Assembly (NCBI GenBank): GCA_001804915.1
Contig: MHDI01000083.1
Span: forward strand, 1 to 54,146
Origin: Nitrospinae bacterium RIFCSPHIGHO2_02_FULL_39_82
GTDB lineage: Bacteria > Nitrospinota > Nitrospinia > UBA9942
Reading direction: 5' to 3'
Length of the DNA: 54,146 nucleotides
Shown one piece after another: positions 36,368 to 46,751 of the stretch (positions are counted from its first letter, which is position 1; every line of letters starts with the position of its first letter). A model generated the notes under the pieces. The model was not told the origin of the DNA. It ran no database searches and was given only the letters and a program-made list of their open reading frames with translations. Both the position numbers and the translations under genes were made by a program.

Positions 36368-39300
36368 CTACTCAAAATATACTGCATCTTCACCAACAAT
36401 CCCCCCAATTTCTTTAATCAGAAAATCTGATGGATTAACCTGAAAGGTTTTATCTGCCTCTATGTTTATCTGGCTTTTGTCAGGGAAAAATAAATGCAAA
36501 AAAATATTATTCTTGCCCTTATTTGATAATAAAATTTCCTTCAGACGGATTAACATATCCTTATCAAGTCCAACTGCCTGAAGATTTATATGCACTCTTG
36601 AAGATAACCTTTCGCTTATATTTGAAAGAGGAAATATCTCTCTGGTAATTATTTTTATAGAATCTTCTTCGGCACTAATATTCCCTCTAATCCAGATAGG
36701 GTCATCCCCTTCTATAAGATTTGCCGATGTTTTATATATGTCTGGAAATACTATTATCTCGGTTGAGCCATGGAGGTCTTCAAGTGTGGCAAATGCCATT
36801 TTATCACCCTTTTTAGTGAGCTGAGTTTTATACTTATTTATAACCCCTGCAATACTTATCTCTCTCCCATTCCCAATATTCTGAAGGCTCTGGGTATTAG
36901 CATTTGTAAAATGTTTTATTTCCTTTTCAAACTTGGAGAGGGGATGTCCTGAGATATAAAAACCGAGGGTCTCCTTTTCAAAGGATAAGAGTTCCTTCTC
37001 TGTCCATTTAATCTCGGATTTTAAGTTATCATTTACAGATTGCACGGTTTCAACCGAACCCATATCAAACATAATATACTGCCCCATTTCCCTGTCTCTT
37101 TGAACAACCTGGGCATTATTCATAACCCTATCAAGATTATTCATCATCCTTGCCCTATACTCTTGCGGGGAAGAATTTACAGAACTTGCAAATCCATCAA
37201 AAGCCCCGCATTTTATAAGGCTCTCTATTACTTTTCTATTCACAGCCCTTAGATCTACATTATCACAAAAGTCAGGGAATAAACAAAATGCCCCTCTTTT
37301 TTCTCTTATTTTTAATATTGACTCTACGGCACTGGTTCCTACATTTTTAACTGCCGTAAGACCAAAGCGAATACTCCCCTTAATAACCCCTCTCTTCCTA
37401 TCCTCCAACTCAAGGGGATTTAAAGTGGCGGTCTCGTCATACCCTACCGTAAAATCTCTGAAACTTTCATTTATATCAGGAGGGAGAACTTTTATCCCCA
37501 TATCCTTGCACTCGGATATATATTGTATTACCTTATCCATATCGCCAATTTCGCTTGTGAGGAGTGATGCCATAAACTCCAATGGATAATGTGCCTTTAA
37601 ATAGGCGGTCTGATAGGCAACAAGGGCATATGCAGCACTGTGAGATTTATTAAATCCATAACCTGCAAAATGCTCCATCAGGTCAAATATCTTATCTGCT
37701 TTATCCTTAGATATATTATTGGCTGATGCACCTTTTACAAATCTCTCTCTCTGCTGTGCCATTTTTTCTGGCTCCTTTTTACCCATTGCCCTCCTGAGTG
37801 TATCTGCTGTACCCATACTAAAACCTGCAAGAACACCTGCAATATTCATGACCTGTTCCTGATAGAGAATGACACCATAAGTTTCTTTTAAAATATCGTC
37901 CAGTTGTGGGATTATATTCTTTATAGGCACTGTCCCATGTTTTCTCTTAATGAAGTCATCCACCATGCCGCTGCCAAGAGGTCCCGGGCGATACAGTGCT
38001 ACAGTAGCTATAATATCTTCAAAGACCTCTGGCTTTAATTTTCTCAATATATCTCTTACACCAGAGCCCTCAAGTTGAAATACACCAAGGGTGCGTGCTT
38101 CACTCAAAAGTCTGTAGGTTTCCTTATCATTCAGCGGTATATTTTCTATGTTGAAATTACTTTCATGCTTTTTTCTTACGAGGTCCTCTGTATTCCTTAT
38201 AACTGTAAGTGTAGACAGTCCAAGAAAATCCATTTTCAGAAGGCCTAATTTTTCTATATCATTCATTGGATACTGGGTCATCACCTCACCTTTGTTTCCC
38301 CTGTAAAGAGGGAGAAATTCAGTAAGAGGGGCAGGCGATATAACAATTCCAGCTGCATGAGTAGAGGCGTGTCTTGGAAGCCCTTCAAGTCTTTTAGCGA
38401 TATCCAGAAGTGTCTTCACCCCTTTGTCCTTTTTTTCAATCTCACCAAACCTCGCTTCTTCTTTTATTGCTCTATCCAGATTAATATTGGGTATATTAGG
38501 AACCAGCTTTGCAATCCTATCTACCTCACTATATGACATTCCCAATGCCCTTCCAACATCTCTTATAACACCCTTTGCATTCATGCTTCCAAAGGTTATT
38601 ATCTGGGCAACATTTCCATATTTTTGTGTAACATATTCTATTACCTCATCCCTTCGCTTCTCACAGAAATCTATATCTATGTCAGGCATGCTTATTCTTT
38701 CAGGATTTAAAAATCTTTCAAATAATAAACCGTATTTTATCGGGTCAATGTCAGTAATCCGTAAGGTATAGGCAACAAGACTTCCAGCGGCAGAACCTCT
38801 TCCCGGACCTACAGGTATCCCCTTTTTACGGGCATAGTCTATGAAGTCCCAGACAACAAGGAAATATCCAGAATAACCCATAGCCTTTATTGTCTTCAGT
38901 TCTTCCTCAAGTCTGCTGAAATATAACCTTCTTATTTTCTCACCTTCCTTAATTTCCCTTTCCAATATTTTTTTAAGCCTTTTTTCCAAACCATGGACAG
39001 CCATATCATGAAGATAGCTGTCAAGTGTGGAATCAGGAGGGACATCATAGTGAGGAAGGCAAATCTGATTAAAATTCATATCAAGATTACATCTCTCTGC
39101 TATCTCCATTGTATTTGAAATAGCCTCAGGAATCTCTTTAAAAAGAAGTTTCATTTCCTGAGGGGGCTTGAAATAAAACTGGTCAGTTGAAAATTTCATC
39201 CGCTTCTGGTCATTAATTGTCTTTCCAGTCTGTATACACAAGAGAACCTCATGGGCATTAACATCACTTTTATCCATGTAATGACAATCATTGGTAGCAA

Positions 39301-39916
39301 CCATAGGTATGGAGAGCTTACGGGATATATCTATCATATGCCTGTTAATATCCTTCTGTTCAGGCATATTCTGGTCCTGAATCTCAAGATAAAATCTTCT
39401 ATCCCCCATTACTTCCTTGTAAAATGAGGCTACCTTATGGGCATCCTCAATCTGCCCCTTGATGAGGAACCTTTGAATTTCTCCCTTCATACAACTGCTT
39501 AAAGCAATAAGTCCGTCGGCATGCTTTGAAAGGAGTTCTTTATCTATGCGGGGTCTGTAATAAAAACCTTCAAGATAACCAGCACTAACAAGGAATATCA
39601 AGTTTTTATATCCTGCAGCATTTTTCACCAACAGGATAAGATGATTGGAACTGTCCGCTATCCCCTCTTCGGAAGATTTTTCAAATCTGCTCTTTGATGC
39701 AACATAGACCTCACAACCTATTATAGGTTTGATACCATATTTTCTGGCAGTCTGATAGAAATCTATGGCACCAAACATATTGCCATGGTCTGTTATAGCG
39801 AGTGAGGGCATTTTATATTCGTTTGCCCTCTCAAATAACTTCTCAAGGCGGATGGCACCATCAAGCAGGCTATACTGGGTGTGAAGGTGTAAATGGATAA
39901 AATCAGAATGCTGCAA
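36368..39916 (-). CDS. dnaE: DNA polymerase III alpha subunit
   Basis: N-terminal PHP domain (FIHLHLHTQYSLLDG), polymerase core (GPGRGSAAGSLVAY), and a C-terminal OB-fold. 1182 aa. Confidence 0.95.
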   Translation of the reverse strand: MQHSDFIHLHLHTQYSLLDGAIRLEKLFERANEYKMPSLAITDHGNMFGAIDFYQTARKYGIKPIIGCEVYVASKSRFEKSSEEGIADSSNHLILLVKNAAGYKNLIFLVSAGYLEGFYYRPRIDKELLSKHADGLIALSSCMKGEIQRFLIKGQIEDAHKVASFYKEVMGDRRFYLEIQDQNMPEQKDINRHMIDISRKLSIPMVATNDCHYMDKSDVNAHEVLLCIQTGKTINDQKRMKFSTDQFYFKPPQEMKLLFKEIPEAISNTMEIAERCNLDMNFNQICLPHYDVPPDSTLDSYLHDMAVHGLEKRLKKILEREIKEGEKIRRLYFSRLEEELKTIKAMGYSGYFLVVWDFIDYARKKGIPVGPGRGSAAGSLVAYTLRITDIDPIKYGLLFERFLNPERISMPDIDIDFCEKRRDEVIEYVTQKYGNVAQIITFGSMNAKGVIRDVGRALGMSYSEVDRIAKLVPNIPNINLDRAIKEEARFGEIEKKDKGVKTLLDIAKRLEGLPRHASTHAAGIVISPAPLTEFLPLYRGNKGEVMTQYPMNDIEKLGLLKMDFLGLSTLTVIRNTEDLVRKKHESNFNIENIPLNDKETYRLLSEARTLGVFQLEGSGVRDILRKLKPEVFEDIIATVALYRPGPLGSGMVDDFIKRKHGTVPIKNIIPQLDDILKETYGVILYQEQVMNIAGVLAGFSMGTADTLRRAMGKKEPEKMAQQRERFVKGASANNISKDKADKIFDLMEHFAGYGFNKSHSAAYALVAYQTAYLKAHYPLEFMASLLTSEIGDMDKVIQYISECKDMGIKVLPPDINESFRDFTVGYDETATLNPLELEDRKRGVIKGSIRFGLTAVKNVGTSAVESILKIREKRGAFCLFPDFCDNVDLRAVNRKVIESLIKCGAFDGFASSVNSSPQEYRARMMNNLDRVMNNAQVVQRDREMGQYIMFDMGSVETVQSVNDNLKSEIKWTEKELLSFEKETLGFYISGHPLSKFEKEIKHFTNANTQSLQNIGNGREISIAGVINKYKTQLTKKGDKMAFATLEDLHGSTEIIVFPDIYKTSANLIEGDDPIWIRGNISAEEDSIKIITREIFPLSNISERLSSRVHINLQAVGLDKDMLIRLKEILLSNKGKNNIFLHLFFPDKSQINIEADKTFQVNPSDFLIKEIGGIVGEDAVYFE

Positions 39917-39918
39917 AA

Positions 39919-40218
39919 TTAATATTCCTCCTCCCTTTCAATTTCAAAAGGAAACTCATCTTCTTCATCTAACTTAAATTCACCCTCATCTGTCTTTGCC
40001 ACCTCTTCTACCTCTGGAATGGTCTCTTCCAATGACTCTTCTTCAGGAGGTGCCGTCACTTTAGGAACTGAAGTCTGAATGGGCTTATATTCACGACGGG
40101 GGCTATTTGACTGGTCAGCCTTGCATTTTGGACATATTGCCTTTGGTTTGTTCAGGTCATAAAATTTACATCCACATTTAAAACACTGATATCTCTTACC
40201 ATAATTAATTTTTTTCAT
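39919..40218 (-). CDS. FYDLN_acid-family zinc-ribbon protein
   Basis: N-terminal CFKCGCKFYDLNK ... CPKC followed by an acidic C-terminal tail. 99 aa. Confidence 0.65.
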   Translation of the reverse strand: MKKINYGKRYQCFKCGCKFYDLNKPKAICPKCKADQSNSPRREYKPIQTSVPKVTAPPEEESLEETIPEVEEVAKTDEGEFKLDEEDEFPFEIEREEEY

Positions 40219-40233
40219 AAATCCCCCCTAACT

Positions 40234-41787
40234 CTATTCCCACTCAATAGTACTTGGCGGTTTTGAACTTATATCATAGACCACTCTATTTATCCCCTTT
40301 ACCTCATTAATTATACGATTTGAGATATTCCCAAGTAAATCATAAGGCAGCTTTACCCAGTCTGCTGTCATCCCATCTGTACTTGTTACAGCCCGCAATC
40401 CAATTACATTTTCATAGGTCCTCTCATCCCCCATTACACCTACCGTCTTGATGGGTAAAAGCACTGCAAAGGACTGCCATATCTTTCTGTAAACCCTTGC
40501 CTTTTTTATCTCTTCAAGGACAATAGCATCTGCTTCCCTTAATAAGTTAAGCCTCTCCCTTGTAATCTCTCCTAAAACCCGTATAGCAAGTCCGGGTCCC
40601 GGAAATGGCTGTCGCCATAGGACTTCATCAGGGAGGTCTAATTCCTTTCCAAGCAACCTGACCTCATCCTTAAACAATTCCCTCAATGGCTCAATAAGTT
40701 CAAATTCCATTTCGGTAGGAAGCCCCCCTACATTATGATGGGTCTTTATAGTAGCTGAAGGTCCCTTAACAGATGTACTCTCAATTACATCAGGATAAAG
40801 GGTTCCCTGAGCAAGAAAATCGAACCCCCCTACCCTATTTGATTCTTCCTCAAATACAGCAATAAACTCTCTGCCTATAATCTTCCTTTTCTCCTCAGGG
40901 TCACTTATACCCTCTAACTTATTTAAAAACCTGTCTTCTGCCTCTGCATAAATCAAATTTATATGAAAATTATCTCTGAATGTGGATAAAACCTTCTCTG
41001 CCTCTCCCTTTCTCAAAAGCCCATTATTCACAAAAATACAGGTAAGTCTGTCACCTATAGCCAGATGAACAAGGACAGCCGTAACTGATGAATCAACACC
41101 TCCGCTTAAGGCACACATTACCTTCTTTCCGCCTACCTTTTTTCTAATACTCTTTATTGAATACTCTGCAAAAGATGCCATTGTCCAGACAGGTGAACAA
41201 TGACAAATATCATAAAGAAAATTTTTTATAATTTCCATTCCATCTGGTGTATGAACCACCTCAGGATGGAATTGCAAACCAAAGAGATTTAGATTGTTAC
41301 TCTTCATTACAGCAACAGGAGAGTTATCAGTGTGGGCAATACTTACAAATCCTGCCGGCATTTTTTCAATCTTGTCACCATGGCTCATCCAGACTATTAC
41401 TGTTCCACCCTCCCCTATTCCCTTAAAAATATCAGAATCGTCATCAATTATAAGCTCCACCTTCCCATATTCCCGCTTAACGGACTTAGATACCTCCCCA
41501 CCAAGGATATATGTCATTAACTGCATACCATAGCATATACCAAGCACAGGGATGCCAAGCTCAAAAATTTTCTTATCTATAAGAGGTGCCTTTGACATAT
41601 AAACACTCGATGGTCCCCCCGATAATATTAATCCTTTGGGTTTCTCCTTCTTAATCCTCTCAATTCCCTCATTAAAAGGGATTATTTCACAATAGACCTT
41701 GCACTCCCTAACCCTCCTCGCAATCAACTGGGTATACTGAGAGCCAAAATCAAGAATCAATATCTTTTCCTGATGAATTTCTTTCAT
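40234..41787 (-). CDS. guaA: GMP synthase (glutamine-hydrolysing)
   Basis: Class I GATase domain (GICYGMQL), ATP-PPase motif SGGVDSSV, and a C-terminal dimerisation domain ending ...TIEWE. Confidence 0.95.
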   Translation of the reverse strand: MKEIHQEKILILDFGSQYTQLIARRVRECKVYCEIIPFNEGIERIKKEKPKGLILSGGPSSVYMSKAPLIDKKIFELGIPVLGICYGMQLMTYILGGEVSKSVKREYGKVELIIDDDSDIFKGIGEGGTVIVWMSHGDKIEKMPAGFVSIAHTDNSPVAVMKSNNLNLFGLQFHPEVVHTPDGMEIIKNFLYDICHCSPVWTMASFAEYSIKSIRKKVGGKKVMCALSGGVDSSVTAVLVHLAIGDRLTCIFVNNGLLRKGEAEKVLSTFRDNFHINLIYAEAEDRFLNKLEGISDPEEKRKIIGREFIAVFEEESNRVGGFDFLAQGTLYPDVIESTSVKGPSATIKTHHNVGGLPTEMEFELIEPLRELFKDEVRLLGKELDLPDEVLWRQPFPGPGLAIRVLGEITRERLNLLREADAIVLEEIKKARVYRKIWQSFAVLLPIKTVGVMGDERTYENVIGLRAVTSTDGMTADWVKLPYDLLGNISNRIINEVKGINRVVYDISSKPPSTIEWE

Positions 41788-41892
41788 GAGTTACAATAAT
41801 AGCAAACATAAAAATTATTTCAAGTAAAAATTATAAGAGCGGAATTTTGACTATTTTAATTAAAATATGTTATTCTTTAAACAGTAGATACT

Positions 41893-42075
41893 GAAAAATG
41901 ACTTTTTTGAACGACTTTTTCCGGTGGATTATAAAAATTTTTTCTTACACCGCAATTTTCTTTTGTTCCATAGTGTAATAATTTCAAATAAAAGAGCACG
42001 ACCCAGCTCCACTGTGTGCCCGAAATTAACGGAAGTGAAAAAATATCATTTTCCAGTGTGAATTAAATAATAGAC
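41893..42075 (+). repeat. MITE-like repeat element (~180 bp), copy A
   Basis: Shares three blocks with 48530-48665 in inverted orientation: tgaaaaatgactttttt(t)gaacgacttttt, ttttgttccatagtg(t)aataatttcaaataaa, and aattaacggaagtga(g)aaaaat.tcatttt.ca. The end near 42075 is the same about 35-bp unit seen at 20497 and 21278. Confidence 0.6.
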
Positions 42076-42136
42076 AATTAGATAACCATTAGCTCTATAT
42101 TCCACAGAGAAAAGGGTAATTAGTTGGAGGTGTTAT

Positions 42137-42379
42137 ATGCCAATATATGAATACAAATGTTCAAAATGTAATAGCAAATTTGAAATTATGCACCTGTCAT
42201 CAAAAATAGAAGGTGCATCCTGTCCTAAATGCGGGTCTAATAAAACTGAAAAGCTTATGTCGTCCTTTGCAGCAGTGGGCTCTTCATCCGCTTCAGATTC
42301 CTGCGATACGGGAACCTGTAGTTATCCCCCTTCTGACGGTTACCCACCATGTGGCGGAGGGAGTTGTGGAATGATGTAA
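42137..42379 (+). CDS. FmdB-family zinc-ribbon protein
   Basis: MPIYEYKCSKCNSKFE ... CPKCGS (CxxC ... CxxC) and a Ser/Cys-rich tail. 80 aa. Confidence 0.72.
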   Translation: MPIYEYKCSKCNSKFEIMHLSSKIEGASCPKCGSNKTEKLMSSFAAVGSSSASDSCDTGTCSYPPSDGYPPCGGGSCGMM

Positions 42380-42411
42380 GCACAGTTAAAATTATTTTTA
42401 AATCCCTCCTT

Positions 42412-43437
42412 TTATCTCTGTGGCTTTATAATCACCTTGATGGACTCCTGTGCCTTTGCAACGAGTTGAAACCCAAGCCCTGTCTCTAATAAACTCAGAC
42501 GATGGGTTATCATATCTTTTACCTCTAACCGATGGACCTTTAACAATTCAATCGCCCTAATAATATCCGATGGTGCCCCTGCATAAGAGGTAGTCATTGT
42601 TATCCCATCCCGCCAGATGTCCCATAGTGGGATTGGCATATTAATACCTTGTTCTACAGGTGCAAAAAACAGAATTGTGCCTCCCCTCTCTGCCGATTGT
42701 AATGCCTGTGTCATTGCACTTGTTGCCCCTGCGCATACTATTACCAAATCTGCAAACCTGCCGTCATTTGTCTCTCTGAGACGGGCGGGGACATTATCTT
42801 TTGCATTAATTACAGAATCTGCACCAAATTTCTTTGCACAATTCAATCTGTAATTATTAATATCAGTTGCAATAACCCGTCCTGCGCCGAGGGCACAGGT
42901 CAGCTTTATAAAAAGGAGACCTGAAATGCCACTGCCTATAATAAGCACACTCTGTCCTTCTTTAAAGTGAGAACGGTTTAATCCCCGAATTGCACATGCC
43001 AGAGGCTCAGTAAATGTTCCTTCTTCAAAAGAGAGTTCATCGGGCAGTAGAAATATACCACGGTCAACATTGATTTCTGGCACACGGATATACTCTGAAA
43101 AGCCACCCGGGTCAAAATTTGTATTGCGAAGGGTATCGCAAACCGAATGATTTCCATTCAGGCAATAGTAACAGATATTGCATGGGACATGGTGGGATAC
43201 GATGACTCTATCGCCTTTTTTATAGCCTTTTACACCGTCTCCAATCTCAGCAATTTCACCTGCAACCTCGTGTCCAAGGACTAAAGGAGCCTTCTTGATG
43301 CGATACCACTCCATCACATCACTACCGCAGATTCCACTTGCAATAACCTTTACAAGGAGTTCCCCTTTTGATATTTTTGGGATAGGTCTCTCTTCAATTC
43401 TTATGTCTTTATTATTATGGTAAACTGCAACTCTCAT
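42412..43437 (-). CDS. zinc-dependent medium-chain alcohol/polyol dehydrogenase (threonine/sorbitol dehydrogenase-like)
   Basis: Catalytic zinc ligands (CGSD ... GHEVAGEI), structural zinc Cys cluster (CNICYYCLNGNHSVC), and a Rossmann GSGISG. Confidence 0.8.
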   Translation of the reverse strand: MRVAVYHNNKDIRIEERPIPKISKGELLVKVIASGICGSDVMEWYRIKKAPLVLGHEVAGEIAEIGDGVKGYKKGDRVIVSHHVPCNICYYCLNGNHSVCDTLRNTNFDPGGFSEYIRVPEINVDRGIFLLPDELSFEEGTFTEPLACAIRGLNRSHFKEGQSVLIIGSGISGLLFIKLTCALGAGRVIATDINNYRLNCAKKFGADSVINAKDNVPARLRETNDGRFADLVIVCAGATSAMTQALQSAERGGTILFFAPVEQGINMPIPLWDIWRDGITMTTSYAGAPSDIIRAIELLKVHRLEVKDMITHRLSLLETGLGFQLVAKAQESIKVIIKPQR

Positions 43438-43515
43438 GGAAAGGTAGGGTTAGTTCCCTGAATGAACCCCCGACTGAATCTATCAGGGGCTGTTCTGGGA
43501 ACAGCTACTATAAAT

Positions 43516-44307
43516 TTATTTTTTTTTCTTTTCACTTTCGTATATCTTATTTGCCTCTTTTGCTGAGGCATTTTCGTGGATAACGGCACGGATTGCCTTA
43601 ATCATAGCAACGGGATGTTGATTCTGCCAGATATTTCTTCCAAGGTTTACACCTATTGCACCTCTTTGCATACCGTCATGTACAAATTCCAAAACCTCAA
43701 GCTCTGTATCCGTCTTCGGTCCGCCTGCTATGACAACAGGGACAGGACATCCGTTTACCACCTTATCAAAATTTTCGCACCAATATGTCTTTACGACCTT
43801 TGCACCGAGTTCGGCGGCGATACGACAGCAAAGGGCGAGGTAACGGGCATCACGTTTTTCCAATTCCTTGCCAACTGCTGTAACTGCCATTACCGGAATT
43901 CCATATTCCTCAGCCTCATTTACAAGGTTTGACAGGTTCATGAGGGTTTGATGTTCATAATCACTGCCGATAAATACAGATAGACCCACTGCAGATGCAT
44001 TAAGCCTGACTGCCTCTTTTATAGAAGTTGTAATGCCTTCATTGGCAAGGTCCTTACCCACAACACTTGTGCCTCCTGATACCCTCAAGATAATAGGAAC
44101 ACTGTTGTCAGGAGGGACACATGAGCGTAATACCCCTCTTGTAACAAAAAGTGCATCACTGTATTGGAGAAGGGGTTTAATTGTTTCTCCCGGTTTCTCC
44201 AATTTTGAAGTTGGACCAAGAAAATATCCATGGTCAATAGGCATGAACAGGCAATGCCCATCAGATTTAATCAGTTGAGATAAACGGTTTTTCATTCCCC
44301 AATCCAT
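43516..44307 (-). CDS. class I aldolase of the DhnA/LsrF/ADH-synthase family
   Basis: TIM-barrel DhnA-type aldolase blocks (LFMPIDHG ... KVVKTYW, the Schiff-base Lys region ... VVIAGGPK). The ORF track extends to 44370; the Met at 44307 is the more plausible start. Confidence 0.72.
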   Translation of the reverse strand: MDWGMKNRLSQLIKSDGHCLFMPIDHGYFLGPTSKLEKPGETIKPLLQYSDALFVTRGVLRSCVPPDNSVPIILRVSGGTSVVGKDLANEGITTSIKEAVRLNASAVGLSVFIGSDYEHQTLMNLSNLVNEAEEYGIPVMAVTAVGKELEKRDARYLALCCRIAAELGAKVVKTYWCENFDKVVNGCPVPVVIAGGPKTDTELEVLEFVHDGMQRGAIGVNLGRNIWQNQHPVAMIKAIRAVIHENASAKEANKIYESEKKKK

Positions 44308-44387
44308 AAATAAACCTCCTTTAAAATTTATACTCTGAAAATTAAAACATAAACAAGATTTATATGTCAATTAAATTAGCAAGTTAA

Positions 44388-45312
44388 TGGGGTCAGGTCT
44401 TTACTTTTACTATTTATTATTTACAATCCGGCTTATTGTCGTATAATACAGCCCAAGATAATCGGCAACCTCTTTCTGGCTGTAGCCATATTTATTAACC
44501 GCTTTTTTTATATGTGTGTTCCTATTTCTTTTATTCAACAACATTTCTCTTATAAAGATTTCTTTAAGTGCAGGTCTGTTTATGTATCTCTGACTCTTTG
44601 GTATTTCTTTGATGTCCTCATGTCCTTTTATATATCCAGTTAGTTTTTCTACAAACTTATCACTCCCAAGGATGCTCTGACCTTTCACATCTTCCCATAT
44701 CCCCTTCTCTCCTATCTTCGCTCCTACAAATTCCTTGTATCTCTTTTCTGCTGTCCTTTTCTGTTTTGCAAACTGACCTAATATCCACTCTGTTGTTAAA
44801 CAAGGATGTGACTTGTCTTTCCCCACTGTTGCACGGTAATTGCTCCACTTCCAATCCTCAACATTCTTTACGGCTTTTGCCCGCACAGGGTTTAAAACTA
44901 CATACCGGCAAACCTCAAGTAAATGACTCTCTTTCTGTATGAGTATTGCCTTGTATCTGCCCTGAAATATATGACCTGTCCGCTCATGTCTCTTATTGAA
45001 TGTTTGAGTATATAATCCGTTTAACTGCCTCATCCCCTTTGAGAGATTGCCATCCGGGGTTTCTATAATAAGATGGTAATGATTATCCATCAGGCAATAA
45101 GCATGGCATATCCAGTTGTATCTTTGATTTACCTTATGAAGTGTGGAAAGAAAGACATTGCGGTCTGCATCGTCTTTAAAGATAGGCTTTCTTTCATTGC
45201 CTCTTGAGGTAAGATGATACACAGCCCCATTGTATTCAATTCTCAATGGTCTTGCCATGAAATATATTATACATACCTAAAACATAATAGCAAGATTAAA
45301 GACCTGACCCCA
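44388..45312 (-). mobile_element. compact IS200-like / RAYT-like element with imperfect terminal inverted repeats
   Basis: tggggtcaggtctttac at 44388-44404 and its near reverse complement ttaaagacctgacccca at 45296-45312 bracket the transposase ORF. Confidence 0.6.
44410..45258 (-). CDS. IS200-like Y1 (HUH) transposase with extended C-terminal HTH-like region
   Basis: HuH motif HYHLII and catalytic Tyr context QGRYKAILI in the N-terminal about 140 aa. C-terminal about 130 aa extension, as in the long RAYT/IS200-like family. Confidence 0.8.
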   Translation of the reverse strand: MARPLRIEYNGAVYHLTSRGNERKPIFKDDADRNVFLSTLHKVNQRYNWICHAYCLMDNHYHLIIETPDGNLSKGMRQLNGLYTQTFNKRHERTGHIFQGRYKAILIQKESHLLEVCRYVVLNPVRAKAVKNVEDWKWSNYRATVGKDKSHPCLTTEWILGQFAKQKRTAEKRYKEFVGAKIGEKGIWEDVKGQSILGSDKFVEKLTGYIKGHEDIKEIPKSQRYINRPALKEIFIREMLLNKRNRNTHIKKAVNKYGYSQKEVADYLGLYYTTISRIVNNK

Positions 45313-45362
45313 GCTTGCAGTTTGCTCTTGATTTTATAGTTTATTTATTGCAAAATCTTTGA

Positions 45363-46697
45363 ATGGATTTGTTCAATGGAGAGCTTGAAGATATAAAGGG
45401 GAAGATGACCCCTCTTGCAGACAGAATGAGACCCTCTACCCTGAAAGATTTTGTCGGACAGCAGCATCTGATAGGTGAAGGGAAACCCTTAAGAAAATTG
45501 ATAGAAAGGGATAGTGTTGGCTCTATAATATTTTGGGGACCTCCTGGTTCTGGAAAGACTACACTTGCAAGGGTTATTGCAAATACAACAAAGAGAAGGT
45601 TTGAAGAATTAAGTGCAGTAAATGCAGGTGTCGCAGATTTAAGAAGTGCCATCAATATTGCACAGATGGAACTTCAGGTTAAAAAGATAAGAACAATTCT
45701 TTTTATAGACGAGGTTCACAGATTTAATAAGGCACAGCAAGATGCAGTTCTCCCCTTTGTAGAAAAGGGTATAGTTACGCTCATAGGCTCTACAACGGAA
45801 AACCCATCTTTTGAGGTAATCCCTGCCCTACGCTCCAGATGTCAGATATTCAGGCTTGAATATTTATCCTATGAGGATATTGAGTCAATCCTCCGGAGAA
45901 CGATTAATGATAGAGAAAAAGGGCTTGATAAATATAAACTCAATATAGAACCTGACGCCCTTCACAATATAACAATACAGGCAAATGGCGATGCAAGGTT
46001 TGCACTGAATGCACTTGAGGCTGCAACTTTCTCATCAGAACCAGACAGCGGAGGCAAGAGAAAGATTGATATAAAAATTGTAGAAGATGTGTTGCAGAGG
46101 GCGTCACTTCTTTATGATAAGATGGGGAGTGAACATTATGACCATGCATCAGCATTCCAGAAATCTATGCGGGGCTCAGACCCGGATGCATCAATATACT
46201 ATCTTGCAAAGATGATTGCAGGAGGTGAAGACCCTCGCTTTATTGCAAGGAGACTGATTGTAACTGCCTCTGAGGATGTGGGGAATGCAGACCCTATGGC
46301 ACTGGTTCTATCAGTCTCTGCCGCTGATGCGGTGGAGAAACTTGGCTGGCCGGAGGCAAGAATACCTCTTGCACAGGCAGTTATATATGTTGCTATTGCC
46401 CCCAAGAGCAACTCTTCTATAATCACTATAGATAAGGCACTTCACGATATTGAAAGGGACGGAAAGAGTTACCCTGTTCCAAATCATCTTAAAGACAGCC
46501 ATTACAGGGATGCTGTAAAATACGGTTTTGGAAAGGGATATAAATATCCCCATGAGTTTCCGGAACACCATGTGAAACAGGATTATCTCCCTGATAAGCT
46601 GAAAGGGAGAATCTATTATGAGCCTGATGGTCAGGGAAAAGAGGCAGAAATAAAGGAGAGGCTGGAGAAGATTCGCCAGAAGAGGAATGACAAATGA
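45363..46697 (+). CDS. rarA: replication-associated recombination protein A (AAA+ ATPase RarA/MgsA)
   Basis: MRP.TLDEFVGQ-type N-terminus, Walker [12 protein letters not shown], Walker [16 protein letters not shown], and a C-terminal MgsA domain. Confidence 0.9.
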   Translation: MDLFNGELEDIKGKMTPLADRMRPSTLKDFVGQQHLIGEGKPLRKLIERDSVGSIIFWGPPGSGKTTLARVIANTTKRRFEELSAVNAGVADLRSAINIAQMELQVKKIRTILFIDEVHRFNKAQQDAVLPFVEKGIVTLIGSTTENPSFEVIPALRSRCQIFRLEYLSYEDIESILRRTINDREKGLDKYKLNIEPDALHNITIQANGDARFALNALEAATFSSEPDSGGKRKIDIKIVEDVLQRASLLYDKMGSEHYDHASAFQKSMRGSDPDASIYYLAKMIAGGEDPRFIARRLIVTASEDVGNADPMALVLSVSAADAVEKLGWPEARIPLAQAVIYVAIAPKSNSSIITIDKALHDIERDGKSYPVPNHLKDSHYRDAVKYGFGKGYKYPHEFPEHHVKQDYLPDKLKGRIYYEPDGQGKEAEIKERLEKIRQKRNDK

Positions 46698-46751
46698 CTA
46701 TTGACAAATGACGAATGAAAAAATCTCAAATCGTCAATCGTCATTCTAAAA

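Noticed and set aside
41788-41892. Purine riboswitch upstream of guaA
   Set aside because: The leader is AT-rich but lacks the conserved P1/P2/P3 architecture and the junction nucleotides of guanine/xpt riboswitches. There is no support.
45341-45655. 104-aa minus-strand ORF overlapping the rarA start
   Set aside because: It is antisense to the conserved RarA Walker A region and is spurious.
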